From IMG/VR virus record IMGVR_UViG_3300020411_004289, positions 1 through 64,000 of that record: 64,000 bases of DNA. One strand, written 5' to 3'. A model generated the notes under the pieces. That model saw nothing but the letters and a program-made list of their open reading frames with translations. It had not been told where the DNA came from and did no database searches. Below are positions 50,801 to 60,900 of the stretch, piece by piece (position 1 is the stretch's first letter; each line of letters starts with the position of its first letter). Both the position numbers and the translations under genes were made by a program. Origin of the DNA: a virus.

Positions 50801-52189
50801 CGTGTAGGGAGCCTCCTTTCTTCCGGAAGCATACAAAGATTTGTAAGGGCTGTAGACACAGAGCAGATATTTTACGACTCCACAGTTCCAAATTTGCAGG
50901 AAGTTGTTGACTTCTATCAAATGATGACACTCAATATCCTCGGTGGGTTTAATTATTTATTAATGTCACTCGATACAGAAGAGTGGTCGCAAGGCTGGTA
51001 CATCCACGAAGCCTCCGCTGGCAGCTTAAGATTTAATAGAAGCGGGATGTTCGAACATATAGGGCATTTAAAAAGATCTTTATCACCATCTACTGCGATA
51101 AAAAGAACTGATGGTGTTTCCGGACAAAACGCAAGGATCGACGGCTTATATCTCTTTTCTTCAGGAACACTACCGATTTACCCGGCCTCCATGTGGACGG
51201 GTCTGATGGAGACAGGGGTCAATTCCCAATTCTTTTTAATCGACTTCAAAGACGGTCAACCATCTACGGCCCTTGCGGGCTCGAGCCCGGGTTACCGGCC
51301 GGTCATGACACCGCAGTCAAAATATGGCTCGTCCTACATGCTTAAAATGCTCTGTGGTATTGGAGATTTTCATGGTATGCCTTTAAATCAAGCCGCTGAA
51401 GCATCACCTCGTCGAGGGCCGGCAGCGGCGACCAGTGTCAATTTTGGGCCCGACCCAGGAGATTGGCCTCTCGACGGCTCCGGAGCCTCAGACGTAACGT
51501 TTTATCTAGGACCCGGGTCAACGAACCCGGAAAAATATATATGTGCAGGATCTAATGAAGGCCCCGGTAGCGGCTATCAAGGTAAATTTGCTTTCGACTC
51601 CGATCCATCTAAAACCGCACGCAATTTTAGAGAAGTTGTTAATACATACTCAGAGCACCTTCGCGTCTTTTACGGCAACGCAGGCGAAGGAATTACAGTA
51701 ACCTTAGCTTCAGGTTCAGTTACAGATTCACTTTCTATGGTTGGGGAGAAGGCATGGGATCAGTCAGGTCCCTCAGGGACCTCTAACTGGGCCGGCACAT
51801 ACGGCGGAGAAACCTTCAGTTTGGCTGCTGACACCCTCCTATTGAGAGGTTTTAAGTACGGCCTATATAACGCTGTTCCTTCATCACCCACTGCTGTCTT
51901 TAGAAGCGATACATACGGACAATTTAGAGACATGTTAGAGCCCAGGCTTTTTAGTGCATTTTTCAATAAGAAGAAGCTAGAGCGTCCTCCAGTAGTGATA
52001 ACTTTTACTAGTAGAGCAGGTGAAAGAGGTGTGGCACCTGAAGAAACAAACTCACAAAATTTATCAAATCATGCAACTTCTTCCGTACCGTTTCGAGATG
52101 GTGTTTCCAGAGACAGAAAAGATATTCAGCCAGATCTATTACCTAGAGTTGAACTCGAGATGTTTGACTTGAAGCTCGGTAGCAGCTAG
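47888..52189 (+). CDS. Large multidomain virion protein (1433 aa)
   Basis: Long ORF in the structural operon, S/T/G/P-rich, with an N-terminal beta-sandwich insert. Confidence 0.6.
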   Translation: MPRLGKKIKVYDLNLQAQRSPIGVSAIPGITFPATTMKCGVDSDLKSNVIVFSLGSSSPASPDRWIQLDGPFLGPVTLTYTAVRGDYPGKIAVDGVPEDLAAPEQVGDDVLLVQTSRDGIYWKTVRTGTVAELSNEVYTTISVNVYGDSGYKIRIAQKNQFNASEDEYAISVITVSQGEISGYLNNPPRILLQDNDNRTGSYPTVARTGDPNFTGRANVRFNDQQTVEYFSSYPEAEITFLDIPLDAHSISLTGSAEDPSENVKKLFEFQKGVLQYYNESILVDIKGKQTPRSVAYAFAKTVNSASMGIKATPVGEKVKLRQHRPLIPSNGLNITTSSYPAFFLPASIKQFTQHGPENYAYPMILPVPGRNDYASGSTHVNALVASPNITGSLTAPAIMGTSNSGPGIHFTPGENIGPFDESRIYIDNDLSFYTEGTTVNGTTLPGFGERLGSKVSLSFDISTNEPCSVYFSTGTVSPGGTHASRADALAAGVNSGIAYYNFAESKWEIVGDLLTGSNVDIFNSNPQTVADSMLAIMPSQYDYWSYHTAPLTNMLKHQGSPTEFAGFPLASKFDPSEAQLLDMSDYITAPFLLEKLELTVSASYAMTQVMTDINGVHNASFMLLLQRDAVPSGSFTSELTLLKNNGSNTLTDMTWLAPKKKTFETHKDRKIIWYGRIGRYLEFDHPTQTYSSLEEFRIRAPHVFAACDLWIPQLNPYGNNQYPSTGSFTLRGSPNTPIGCGVSNNVVRPRGTRTSAHADIPEYAVIGRKTGGRDLINIADGRSFISSIAGAKEVGTHYVGYEANSAGSRFVPLYEKDSSESPFLLLPTDKLMLVHVNQKMPNPNDDVLTWSKGEDQVVQKRSTLLPGKSKLTLFGSMVREGKAANTTTLNQPLTSDAIHEDVRDDISPLGESLCLDQWQVEPVSTYYKSYLDNIVTGSMYNRNNPTQFINPHTPHVRKSQGTTAGTGIVSGRVGSLLSSGSIQRFVRAVDTEQIFYDSTVPNLQEVVDFYQMMTLNILGGFNYLLMSLDTEEWSQGWYIHEASAGSLRFNRSGMFEHIGHLKRSLSPSTAIKRTDGVSGQNARIDGLYLFSSGTLPIYPASMWTGLMETGVNSQFFLIDFKDGQPSTALAGSSPGYRPVMTPQSKYGSSYMLKMLCGIGDFHGMPLNQAAEASPRRGPAAATSVNFGPDPGDWPLDGSGASDVTFYLGPGSTNPEKYICAGSNEGPGSGYQGKFAFDSDPSKTARNFREVVNTYSEHLRVFYGNAGEGITVTLASGSVTDSLSMVGEKAWDQSGPSGTSNWAGTYGGETFSLAADTLLLRGFKYGLYNAVPSSPTAVFRSDTYGQFRDMLEPRLFSAFFNKKKLERPPVVITFTSRAGERGVAPEETNSQNLSNHATSSVPFRDGVSRDRKDIQPDLLPRVELEMFDLKLGSS

Positions 52190-52201
52190 CAGGAGGTAGA
52201 T

Positions 52202-52996
52202 GTGTCGTCTAAAAAGGTAAGTGTTAAAGATTTAAAAAGCACGCCATTTATTACTGCGTTCAACAATACCACACAACAAAATGAACCTGTAATATTTCCT
52301 AATGGAATAAAAGTCAATCTAGATTCCAGCCTGTTTAATAGAGGTATAGAAATAACACCTACAACTGCTCCTGATGTTACCACAAATCGGTTGTATAATG
52401 AAAACGGTACATTAAAATTTAATGGAAGCCCAATCGGCTCAGGCGGCGGCGGTGCTTCAGGACCTTCCTTTTTTGACGAGCGTGTAGCAGATAAAATCTA
52501 TACCACTGGATCCGTAACGATCAACAGCAATAGTACTGCAATGACTTCTCTCGATGTAATTCATGACTATACGACTCAGACTTTTGAAAATCAGCTAAGT
52601 AGTGGCGAAGGAGGAGGTACTGTCTTGCAGTATGGCACCGGTACGACTACAGCTGGATATTTGTACTATCTGGAGACGACAAAGGCGTGGACACAAAGTA
52701 CTGCTACAAGTGTAGCATCAGGAGCTAGTCAAATATTAGGCATAGCACTAGGGACTAGTCCAACAAGTACAGGTATGCTGCTAAAAGGATTTATAAGAAT
52801 AAGCTCGAGCAGAATCTCCGGAACGCCTCAAATTGGAAGCCCAGTGTACGTTTCTACAACTGCAGCAGCCTATACATTTACCGCACCTTCAAGTGTGAAT
52901 CAATTTGTTAGAATTGTAGGATATTGTCTGGATACGCATTCTAGCGATATTTTACTCTGGTTCGACCCAGACTCAACTTGGGTGGAAATATCGTAA
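52202..52996 (+). CDS. Short fibre/decoration-like protein
   Basis: AGGAGG RBS; RLYNENGTLKFNG, poly-Gly linker, C-terminal LGIAL...G..VYVS...RIVGY (cement/fibre-tip-like). Confidence 0.6.
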   Translation: MSSKKVSVKDLKSTPFITAFNNTTQQNEPVIFPNGIKVNLDSSLFNRGIEITPTTAPDVTTNRLYNENGTLKFNGSPIGSGGGGASGPSFFDERVADKIYTTGSVTINSNSTAMTSLDVIHDYTTQTFENQLSSGEGGGTVLQYGTGTTTAGYLYYLETTKAWTQSTATSVASGASQILGIALGTSPTSTGMLLKGFIRISSSRISGTPQIGSPVYVSTTAAAYTFTAPSSVNQFVRIVGYCLDTHSSDILLWFDPDSTWVEIS

Positions 52997-54009
52997 TGGC
53001 AACAATTACTGTAAAGAAAGATGGCACAGGCGACTATACATCACTAACTTCAGCATTCGCAGCTGCTAATACATACGACGTTATAGAAATACAAGATAGC
53101 GGAACTTATTATGAAGGCAACCTCTCGAGAATTGTTTCTCATCTCACCATACGTGCTGGAACTGATGCTAATGGAAATAAATACACACCTACACTGAACG
53201 GTGGGGGAACAACTGATTGCGCAATAAAGTTTTACAACAACTGGGTTATAGATGGGTTGACGATTACCGATTATGATGGAACAGCAACTTACGGTGCAGG
53301 TCTAGTTTCTGTATCAGGGAATCGGGTTGTCACAATAAAAAACTGTACGATTCACAACTTGGACGATACAGCCATATCAGGCTTGAAAAACTTTAGTACA
53401 GTTGAGAATTGTATTATATACGATATTCGAGGGTCAGCAGCAAGAGGTATAGACTCGGGTACTCAATCTGCGACAATTAACAATTGTTTAGTATACGATG
53501 TCGAGCATGATGGAATTCAGTCGACACCTTCAGCAACAGTTATTGAACACTGTACGCTGCACAACGTCGGGTATGGCGGCGGAACTGGCGGTTATGGAAT
53601 TGCCGCAACATTAGGCTCAGTAAAGTTTTGCATTGTATCTGATCCAAACCATAATATCAACAGCGCCGGTATCAGAGCAGCTATTCATATCTATAATTGT
53701 GTCTCAGGCAGCGAAGGCGCCACCAACGGAAATTATTATGGCGGCGCAGGCACAGGAGATATTGAAGTAAACCCAATGTTAGTCACAGGATCTTTTATGC
53801 CAAGCAGCCTATCCCCGTGTCTAGGCGCCGCAGTTGGTTCAACTAGAACCAGTGATATCACAGGTGATTCAGTTACATGGCAATACACGCATAAAGTAAA
53901 CGGTGTAAGTGCTTCAGCAACGCCGAACGACATGGGTGCATACGAATATTCATATGCATCAGTCGCAGGTATTAATACTAATAAAATTGAAAAGATTTCG
54001 GGTGTTTAA
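52996..54009 (+). CDS. Right-handed parallel beta-helix (pectin-lyase fold) protein
   Basis: TVKKDGTGDYTSL..A..AA, GTYYE, repeated IKNCTI/VENCII/INNCLV/IEHCTL, terminal SPCLGA...DMGAYEY; TAATG coupling. Confidence 0.8.
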   Translation: MATITVKKDGTGDYTSLTSAFAAANTYDVIEIQDSGTYYEGNLSRIVSHLTIRAGTDANGNKYTPTLNGGGTTDCAIKFYNNWVIDGLTITDYDGTATYGAGLVSVSGNRVVTIKNCTIHNLDDTAISGLKNFSTVENCIIYDIRGSAARGIDSGTQSATINNCLVYDVEHDGIQSTPSATVIEHCTLHNVGYGGGTGGYGIAATLGSVKFCIVSDPNHNINSAGIRAAIHIYNCVSGSEGATNGNYYGGAGTGDIEVNPMLVTGSFMPSSLSPCLGAAVGSTRTSDITGDSVTWQYTHKVNGVSASATPNDMGAYEYSYASVAGINTNKIEKISGV

Positions 54010-54087
54010 TGTTTGTCGCTAGAGAGATATATCAAAGCTTCACGAATAAAAGTCAAGAACTATACCATCGTCAGGCAGTAAGGGCAA

Positions 54088-54094
54088 ATAGTTA
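54088..54094 (+). promoter_or_regulatory. Candidate late promoter motif ATAGTTA
   Basis: Ends 5 nt before ATG 54100 with no SD, suggesting a leaderless transcript. Confidence 0.5.
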
Positions 54095-54099
54095 AAACC

Positions 54100-55053
54100 A
54101 TGGCTGGTATTCTAGACAACAAAGAAAGAATGATTGATTTCATAATGACTGAAGAAGGCAAGCGCCAGGCTGCCAGTGGTCAAATGAAAATAGAGTATGC
54201 TGCTTTTACTGACATGCATACTTTTTATGCAGCTTCTGGCACTCTAATGCCCAACATTGCTGAAGATGCCTCTGGTAGAATATTTTTTGAGGCTACAAAT
54301 CGATTTCAAGATGTAATAGTTCCCGAACTGGAAGCAGGCATGTCGCTGCGACCGTTTAGGACAGCAGACTTTGACTTTGACGGAAAAGTAATAGCATCCG
54401 GTACGTTTAGGGTCGGTTATGAGAAAAAGGCAAATATCATAACCGGTTCAAAAATAACAAATATTTCTGACAGAAGCTTAAGTGGCATTACTAGCAATTT
54501 TAATGATCTAAGGGTGTTGGGAACTAAAGATCCTTTTGCTACGACCTCCGGATTTGAAACTTCTATCACAACGGGTAGTTTTTATTTTTGGGACAAGATG
54601 CCGATGGGAAGATCATATGATGGATCACCAACTGCACTAGAAGATTGCGAAAGTCTTTTCGCAGATAGACGATTTTCACATTTTTCTAATTTCTCTTATT
54701 TGCCGCCTGTTAACAAACCATCAGAAGGCGCACCAAATGGAAAACCTTTGGGCATGTATCCAAAACTAAACGAAACTCCGATAATGACATTTCAAGACTT
54801 GGAAAAGTCTTTAAAAGAAAAGCAAAAAGTAGAGATTGATTTTACTGATACATCTAGAGAAAATAATCTAATAGGGCAGATATTCGAATATGATAGTACA
54901 GGAATAGACAAGCTCTCTATTATTGACTTTGGAGAGTTTGATGATGACGATCCTTTTAGTCGCGGCAAAAGAGTCTTTTTTGTTGGAAAAATTCTTAGAG
55001 ATGCCAACGGCGCAGAAACGTTTATGAATATATTCACAGTGGTATTTGACTAA
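54100..55053 (+). CDS. Structural protein with a tail-collar-like N-terminus
   Basis: GILDNKERMIDFIMTEEGKRQAASGQMKIEYAAFTD resembles the N-terminus of the ORF at 63403. Confidence 0.55.
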   Translation: MAGILDNKERMIDFIMTEEGKRQAASGQMKIEYAAFTDMHTFYAASGTLMPNIAEDASGRIFFEATNRFQDVIVPELEAGMSLRPFRTADFDFDGKVIASGTFRVGYEKKANIITGSKITNISDRSLSGITSNFNDLRVLGTKDPFATTSGFETSITTGSFYFWDKMPMGRSYDGSPTALEDCESLFADRRFSHFSNFSYLPPVNKPSEGAPNGKPLGMYPKLNETPIMTFQDLEKSLKEKQKVEIDFTDTSRENNLIGQIFEYDSTGIDKLSIIDFGEFDDDDPFSRGKRVFFVGKILRDANGAETFMNIFTVVFD

Positions 55054-57905
55054 TGGCTAGATATGAACCAAGACAAGAACACGCGGTCGCCTTTAAAGAC
55101 ATTGCTGCATTTACAGAAGGCTCGTCTAATTTAGAGCTAATTGACATTATTAATGATGCGTCTAAAGAAAAGATATCTGACAACTATATTAATGCGCCAG
55201 GGGCTTATGTTTATGAGCTTGACATAACAGTTGATCAACAGAAGGTAATTGATCATGAAGTGCTAGGGTTTAAAGTTGAAATATTCTCAAAAAATCCTAA
55301 CATAAGATTTAATGAAGATTACTCAGTATCAAGAGCTACAATGGCTAAAGAGCGAAAAAATAGGCTGAGGGAGTTTATAGAGACTAGACAGCCTGACCCA
55401 GTTTTAGAGTTTGATATTGATCTAAATGTGCCATTGCCTCCACAAAACTTTAATTTTACCACAGCAGCATTAAAAGCTGTGCCAAAAATATTGCCTGTTT
55501 TTCTTAATAGTGAACCTCAAACTAGTGGTAAAATGGTCACAGCCCCTATTGTAGCAATGCCCATAATCACGCCAGCCCTAGGAATTAAAGCAACACCTAA
55601 AAGCTCACCTAGCACAAATCTAATAAAAGGAAATACATTTGCAAATATTGCTAAGCTAAGCATTACACACGACAAAAAAGATCCGATATCATTGATGGCA
55701 ACACCCAAGCCATTTTACCCGACACTTGCAGCTAAAACTAGTTTTGCATCTATCGATGTCTTTTCTCCACCCCCAAAAGATTATAGTCAAATTGAGCGAA
55801 TTTCTTTGGACAATATATACACACGAAGATCGCTTATAGAAGAAAGACAGGCACTAAAACCACAACAAGAAGATGAAAGTAAAGGTGCATACAAACTGGC
55901 AAATATTGTCAGTAACAATACATTCTTAAAGCGTGAAATAACTTTAGGCCACAAAGCAGAGATAAAAACGACAGCGTTTACAGTTAAAAGAGAAATAGAG
56001 ATTCCAAAGTTAGACTTAGGTATGAGATCTAGCTTTTATGTAAGCATTACACCTATCTTAAGAGAGAGTAACGCTATTGTAAGAGTAATTAAGACACCAA
56101 AAAGTCATACTTTTTCTGTTTCTCATAGGCGTCAAGTCGAAGATATAATGCTTCCTGTTTATCCTCCAGAAATAAGTTTGGTAATGAACAAGCGAGGAAT
56201 AGTTGTATTAAAAATAAAACAGGCAGACCCTTCTGCTACATTAATAGATGTTTTTCGAAAAGTAGTGTCACCCAGAAAAGATGGAATATCTTCTTCTAGA
56301 GCCATAGCTTCAATAGAGTCAGAAGCATCGAGTCCTTCTCAAATTGTGTCTGATTTTGATTCAGAGAATATTTTCCCAAACTCAGTAATATATCGAGCAA
56401 CGACTAGGTCTCCTATAGGGTTAGATGGTCCATCTTCTTCTCTAGTTATTGATAGTCATCATAACATAAATGCTCCGACAGCAAAAGAAGACCCAAATGC
56501 ATTATCAATAATTGCTGTTAACGAAAATGAACATATAAAAATAGATGTTGAAAGAATTCCACAAAATATCTTGGGATTAAAGCTTTTAAGAGAAGAAATT
56601 GATGAGAGTGGATCACTTTCTAAAAGAGTAACCACAGTTCCAATGTCAAATGGTAAAACTCTATATGATACTAAAAGAGGCATAAAAAAGCTAACCTATT
56701 TTGACAAAACAACAGATCTCAATAAGCGATATCGATATTTTTGCACGTTTAGGCCGCGCCTTGGAAATGAGTATCTTTCAGAAGAAGATGAGCATATTAT
56801 TAGAAAAATGCCTACCAAACCTCTTCCTGTAGAAGTTTCTATACAAAATCAACAGATTACTACCGACGACTCCGGACAGTTTATTATGTCTATAGATTTG
56901 ATTAGTATTCCTAAGGCAGAAGGGGTTGATTTTCTCTTGACATTACTAGAGCGCGCCGGCGTAAGCCAAGCATTTATATCATCAATTAAAGACCAAAGGG
57001 CAGAACTATCTCAGTTGGCTGCTTTTATTGTCGAAAGAGTTAATAGAAACACAGGGAAAAGAGTTTCTTTTGGTCAGGTAGGTCCTGGAACTTTTTCAGA
57101 CGATCCAGAAACCAGAGAAAGGTTAGGTATCCCGGCGCCGTCCAGCAACAATAGATACACTTACTTTTTTAAGCTCTGCATGCGGCCACCGCAAGCTTTC
57201 CTAAAGTCTTTGCTTACAAGTTTTCCTTCAGGTAAAATACCGGGTGTAGATGACACTACAGCATTGGCAAAAAAATTCCTAGGTGCATTTGCTGCACAAA
57301 CAGGTGCATTATATTCAGACAAGGAAATGTCAGACTTTTCTGTAGGCGATAACTTTAGAGCAGGGGAAACCGGTATAACACTGCATACTGATATTCAAAC
57401 CCCTAAACCTTTACCAAAACCTGTCGGTCTTAGAATTGCTAGAAGGTCTCGAAAGCGTGGCATTTTATTAAAGTGGGAATCTGATACTAATGATATTCGA
57501 CAAGTTGATCATGTTCTTGTGTTTGTTCTGATGCAGGATGGAACTGAGATTTTGTTGGGAACTAGGCCAGGCTCTTATTCCGGCGGCTGGTATTTTAAAG
57601 ATACAAAGTATGCACCCCAAGTAGGAAAAAAGAAATACTATGTAAAGTTTGTATATAACGATCTCACAGTTTCAGCTCCCAGTAATTCAGTCGTTTTTGA
57701 AATATTTGCCTCTCTTCCGCCTGCTTTTTTTAATTTTAAATTTAAGCCAAGTATTTTAGGGGTAGTAAATCCAACCGCTAAAAAACAAGATCAGTTAAAA
57801 ATGCCAGCGACCGGCTTAAAGCTTAAATTGCCTGATTTGTCTAAAAAAGTTAATGCATCCGGCTGGAACATAAACCCAGGCAAGTTTAAAAAGAAGCTTT
57901 ATTAA
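55053..57905 (+). CDS. Large hypothetical protein with FN3/Ig-like segments (950 aa)
   Basis: TYFDKT...RYRY, PVGLR...ILLKWE, YYVKFVY...SAPSNSV. Confidence 0.55.
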   Translation: MARYEPRQEHAVAFKDIAAFTEGSSNLELIDIINDASKEKISDNYINAPGAYVYELDITVDQQKVIDHEVLGFKVEIFSKNPNIRFNEDYSVSRATMAKERKNRLREFIETRQPDPVLEFDIDLNVPLPPQNFNFTTAALKAVPKILPVFLNSEPQTSGKMVTAPIVAMPIITPALGIKATPKSSPSTNLIKGNTFANIAKLSITHDKKDPISLMATPKPFYPTLAAKTSFASIDVFSPPPKDYSQIERISLDNIYTRRSLIEERQALKPQQEDESKGAYKLANIVSNNTFLKREITLGHKAEIKTTAFTVKREIEIPKLDLGMRSSFYVSITPILRESNAIVRVIKTPKSHTFSVSHRRQVEDIMLPVYPPEISLVMNKRGIVVLKIKQADPSATLIDVFRKVVSPRKDGISSSRAIASIESEASSPSQIVSDFDSENIFPNSVIYRATTRSPIGLDGPSSSLVIDSHHNINAPTAKEDPNALSIIAVNENEHIKIDVERIPQNILGLKLLREEIDESGSLSKRVTTVPMSNGKTLYDTKRGIKKLTYFDKTTDLNKRYRYFCTFRPRLGNEYLSEEDEHIIRKMPTKPLPVEVSIQNQQITTDDSGQFIMSIDLISIPKAEGVDFLLTLLERAGVSQAFISSIKDQRAELSQLAAFIVERVNRNTGKRVSFGQVGPGTFSDDPETRERLGIPAPSSNNRYTYFFKLCMRPPQAFLKSLLTSFPSGKIPGVDDTTALAKKFLGAFAAQTGALYSDKEMSDFSVGDNFRAGETGITLHTDIQTPKPLPKPVGLRIARRSRKRGILLKWESDTNDIRQVDHVLVFVLMQDGTEILLGTRPGSYSGGWYFKDTKYAPQVGKKKYYVKFVYNDLTVSAPSNSVVFEIFASLPPAFFNFKFKPSILGVVNPTAKKQDQLKMPATGLKLKLPDLSKKVNASGWNINPGKFKKKLY

Positions 57906-57920
57906 AGGTGTAGAACTAAC

Positions 57921-60900
57921 ATGGGAATTAAGACAGCAAAAGAAAAATTATTAACATTTGCAACTCAGTTTGATCCTGATATTGTAGGTGTTGGAAAGAC
58001 ACCACCGGTGGTTGAAGCACCAGAACCAGAAGGCGACCTTCTATTGAGTGCTGTACCTACTAATAAAAATAATGCTGCAGCTCTAACTCTAGAAAAAGGT
58101 ACTTTACAGAATCTAAAAATAGAGAAGAAAAGAGTGGTACCTTTTGTAACTTCACATGTGTTTAATCATGATGTAAGCGGCTTATTAGATATGCTCACCG
58201 CTCGACAACTCGAAAAGCAACTAGACGATATTTTACTGGAGTCGTTGTATGAAGCGGCAAAAATAGATGAAAATGATGCAGCATTTATAGTAGAAACTCT
58301 AGAAAATATCGACAGTGATTTAGAGACGATGGATACACTGCTAGCAGCCTTAAAAAGCATGCAAGATGCAATTAGCGATGCTGACAGTGCATTTGACAAA
58401 GAAGTTCAAGTTGAGAATATTACAGAAGAATTTAATAAAAGTTTACAAGAGGCAAAATTAGATGAAACAACCTACGATGCTGATTCGTCTGAAGGAGACT
58501 TTTTAGCAACGCTCGCCGATTTAACAGCATTATCACCAGAGGCACTATCTGAAATGACATTGACCGGTTGCTTTATACAAGCGCTGGCAGATGCTGAGTG
58601 GTCTCTTCGAGCAGGAGTCAGCCCTACTTTTTTCTTGCAAAAAGGAGAAAGAAACCTGGCAGCCAATGCTAAACCCCCTAGAGGTTTCTCTCGCCCGGGT
58701 CCAGCTGTTAAATCAGGTGTGGGAAAAACTATAAAAACACTGGAAGGGATCGGTATTGGAGATGATTCGACATATGATGGAATCTTTAATACAACTGCTG
58801 TTGCAAAACCACCAAAATATAGCAGCCTAGACCCTTTTAAGAGAGTTGCGTATTTGTGTTCACTTCTCTCTAGGGAGTATTTGCTTTCTGCAGGCCTAGG
58901 CAGTCAAATAGGGACTGAAGCAGGACAGGCATTCGGCGCATCTTCAGATCCAATGGCAAAGATTTTTGGGACTTCTAATATATCACATGTAAAAAATGAT
59001 CAATCAGTCTCAGACTCTTTGTCAGACTTTGCTGTTGTAGGCGAAGATGCCAGCATAAAAAGAAAGTCTTCATCTAAAAGAGTAATGATGCTAGAAGCTT
59101 CATGGAATGAAAATACAAATCCGGATCTCTGGACAACAGCAAAAAAAGAGTGGCTAGACAGTGTTAAAGAAGATCCACTTAAAAATAAGGCAGACTTATT
59201 TGATCAAGTTATAACTCAAGCGACAAATCGGTTTGTAGATGCAGAGGCTTTTCTTAACAGTATTTTAGCAAAAGATAGTGAGCTAAGCTTGCTAACGCCT
59301 ACTGGGCTTTTTTCTAGAGTTATTAAAGATTTTGCGACACTAATGCAAGGGTTGACTGTAGAGGCTGCGGAGGACGTGAGGCTAAAAAATGCATGTGAGC
59401 TAATGCTTCTTTCTGAGTCAGCAGCTTCTGGTACATATGGATTTAAGCTTAAGAGAAGAATGCTGATATTTGCTGCTAGACTAGCTAACCTAAAAAAGAA
59501 AGGTTTAAGTGAGGAAGAACGAGATAATTTTGTACGCCTTACTGCTAGAGAGTTTTCAAATAAGTTTGAATCTGATATAACTGAGCTTAAAACGGATAAG
59601 GATCAAGTAGCATTTAACTTGATGTCAATTTGGGCCGGCCGAACATTCAAAATTCTAGAAAATGATGTGAGGATACAAGGTCAACAGATAATAGATGCTG
59701 TTGTAGATAATGAAGAATCTGACGGACTAAACTCTCTTATTGTCGGGATATATGAAGATCTTCAAAAAGAAGCAATGGTCGTAGCCAAAGCAAATGACGA
59801 GTCCAAGTCATTTATGAGAGAAGGAAATACTACAAGGTATTCAGGTTTTGACGGTGCTATAACATTGTCTTTCATCTATGAATGTTTTGCCTTGCTAGCT
59901 TCAAACTTTACAACAGCTGACATAGAATTACAAGGTATGGCAAAGGTACATCTGATGTCATACGATCCACCACCGACAACTGGAGCTATACGAGGCGAAG
60001 ATAAAGATAAGCTAAAAAAAGCTACGAAAGAATTCATGAGACAAGAACAAAGTGTCAGATTTAATGGAGGGACACCAGACAGTTTAGTAAATAAGACAAG
60101 AAGGTTTTTACTAGAAATTGCTACTGCACTAGATACAGGTGATTTTTCTAATCTTTTAGACTCAAGCGGAGATGTGATTGCTGTTGAAGGCCTAAATGAA
60201 TCTTCTGATTTAGGGAAAAATATATTTGTCTCCCAGGTAATTGATACATGCTTAGATCTTTCAAAAGATGGAGATATACCAACTAAGCTTTTTATTATTG
60301 CCAAGTCCATGATTAGTAACCTAAGAAATACAACAAAAGCATTGTGTCAAAGAGGAGCTGCACTTAAAGGAAATACACAAAACATTCCAGATGATATTGC
60401 CGTTTTAAAAATCTTGGGAGAAACTAAACTAGGAAAAGACTTTATCGAAGGCTTGACGCCCTCTCAGCTGAAGTATGCAAATAAAAGATCTGCTATTCTT
60501 GCTGAATCTAAAGATGCGCCGTATATACTTGATAGCAAGCCGAGCGCACTTTTCAAAGCTATAAAAATGCTTTTTGAAAAAAAGAAAGGCGAGTTCAGCC
60601 ATTCAGCTGTTTTATTTTTAGGCCTTCCGGCTGGTTCTTTGTCTGAAGAGCTCTCTTCTTCTGGCAGAAGCGAGGAAAACGCAAGACTGAGTTTAAAAGT
60701 AGATAAGGTTGACGAATTAATAGGGTTACCTGACTATGAAGAGCAAGATTACAAGTTCTCTTTAAAGTACAGTATTACATCTCAAAGCATTGTTGATGCA
60801 TTTGATGCTGAGGTAGCCCCTACGACTTTTGATGCGCTAATAACACTTTTAAATTATGACGCAGTAGGAGAAGATGAGCCGATCCTGGGAAGTGATATAT

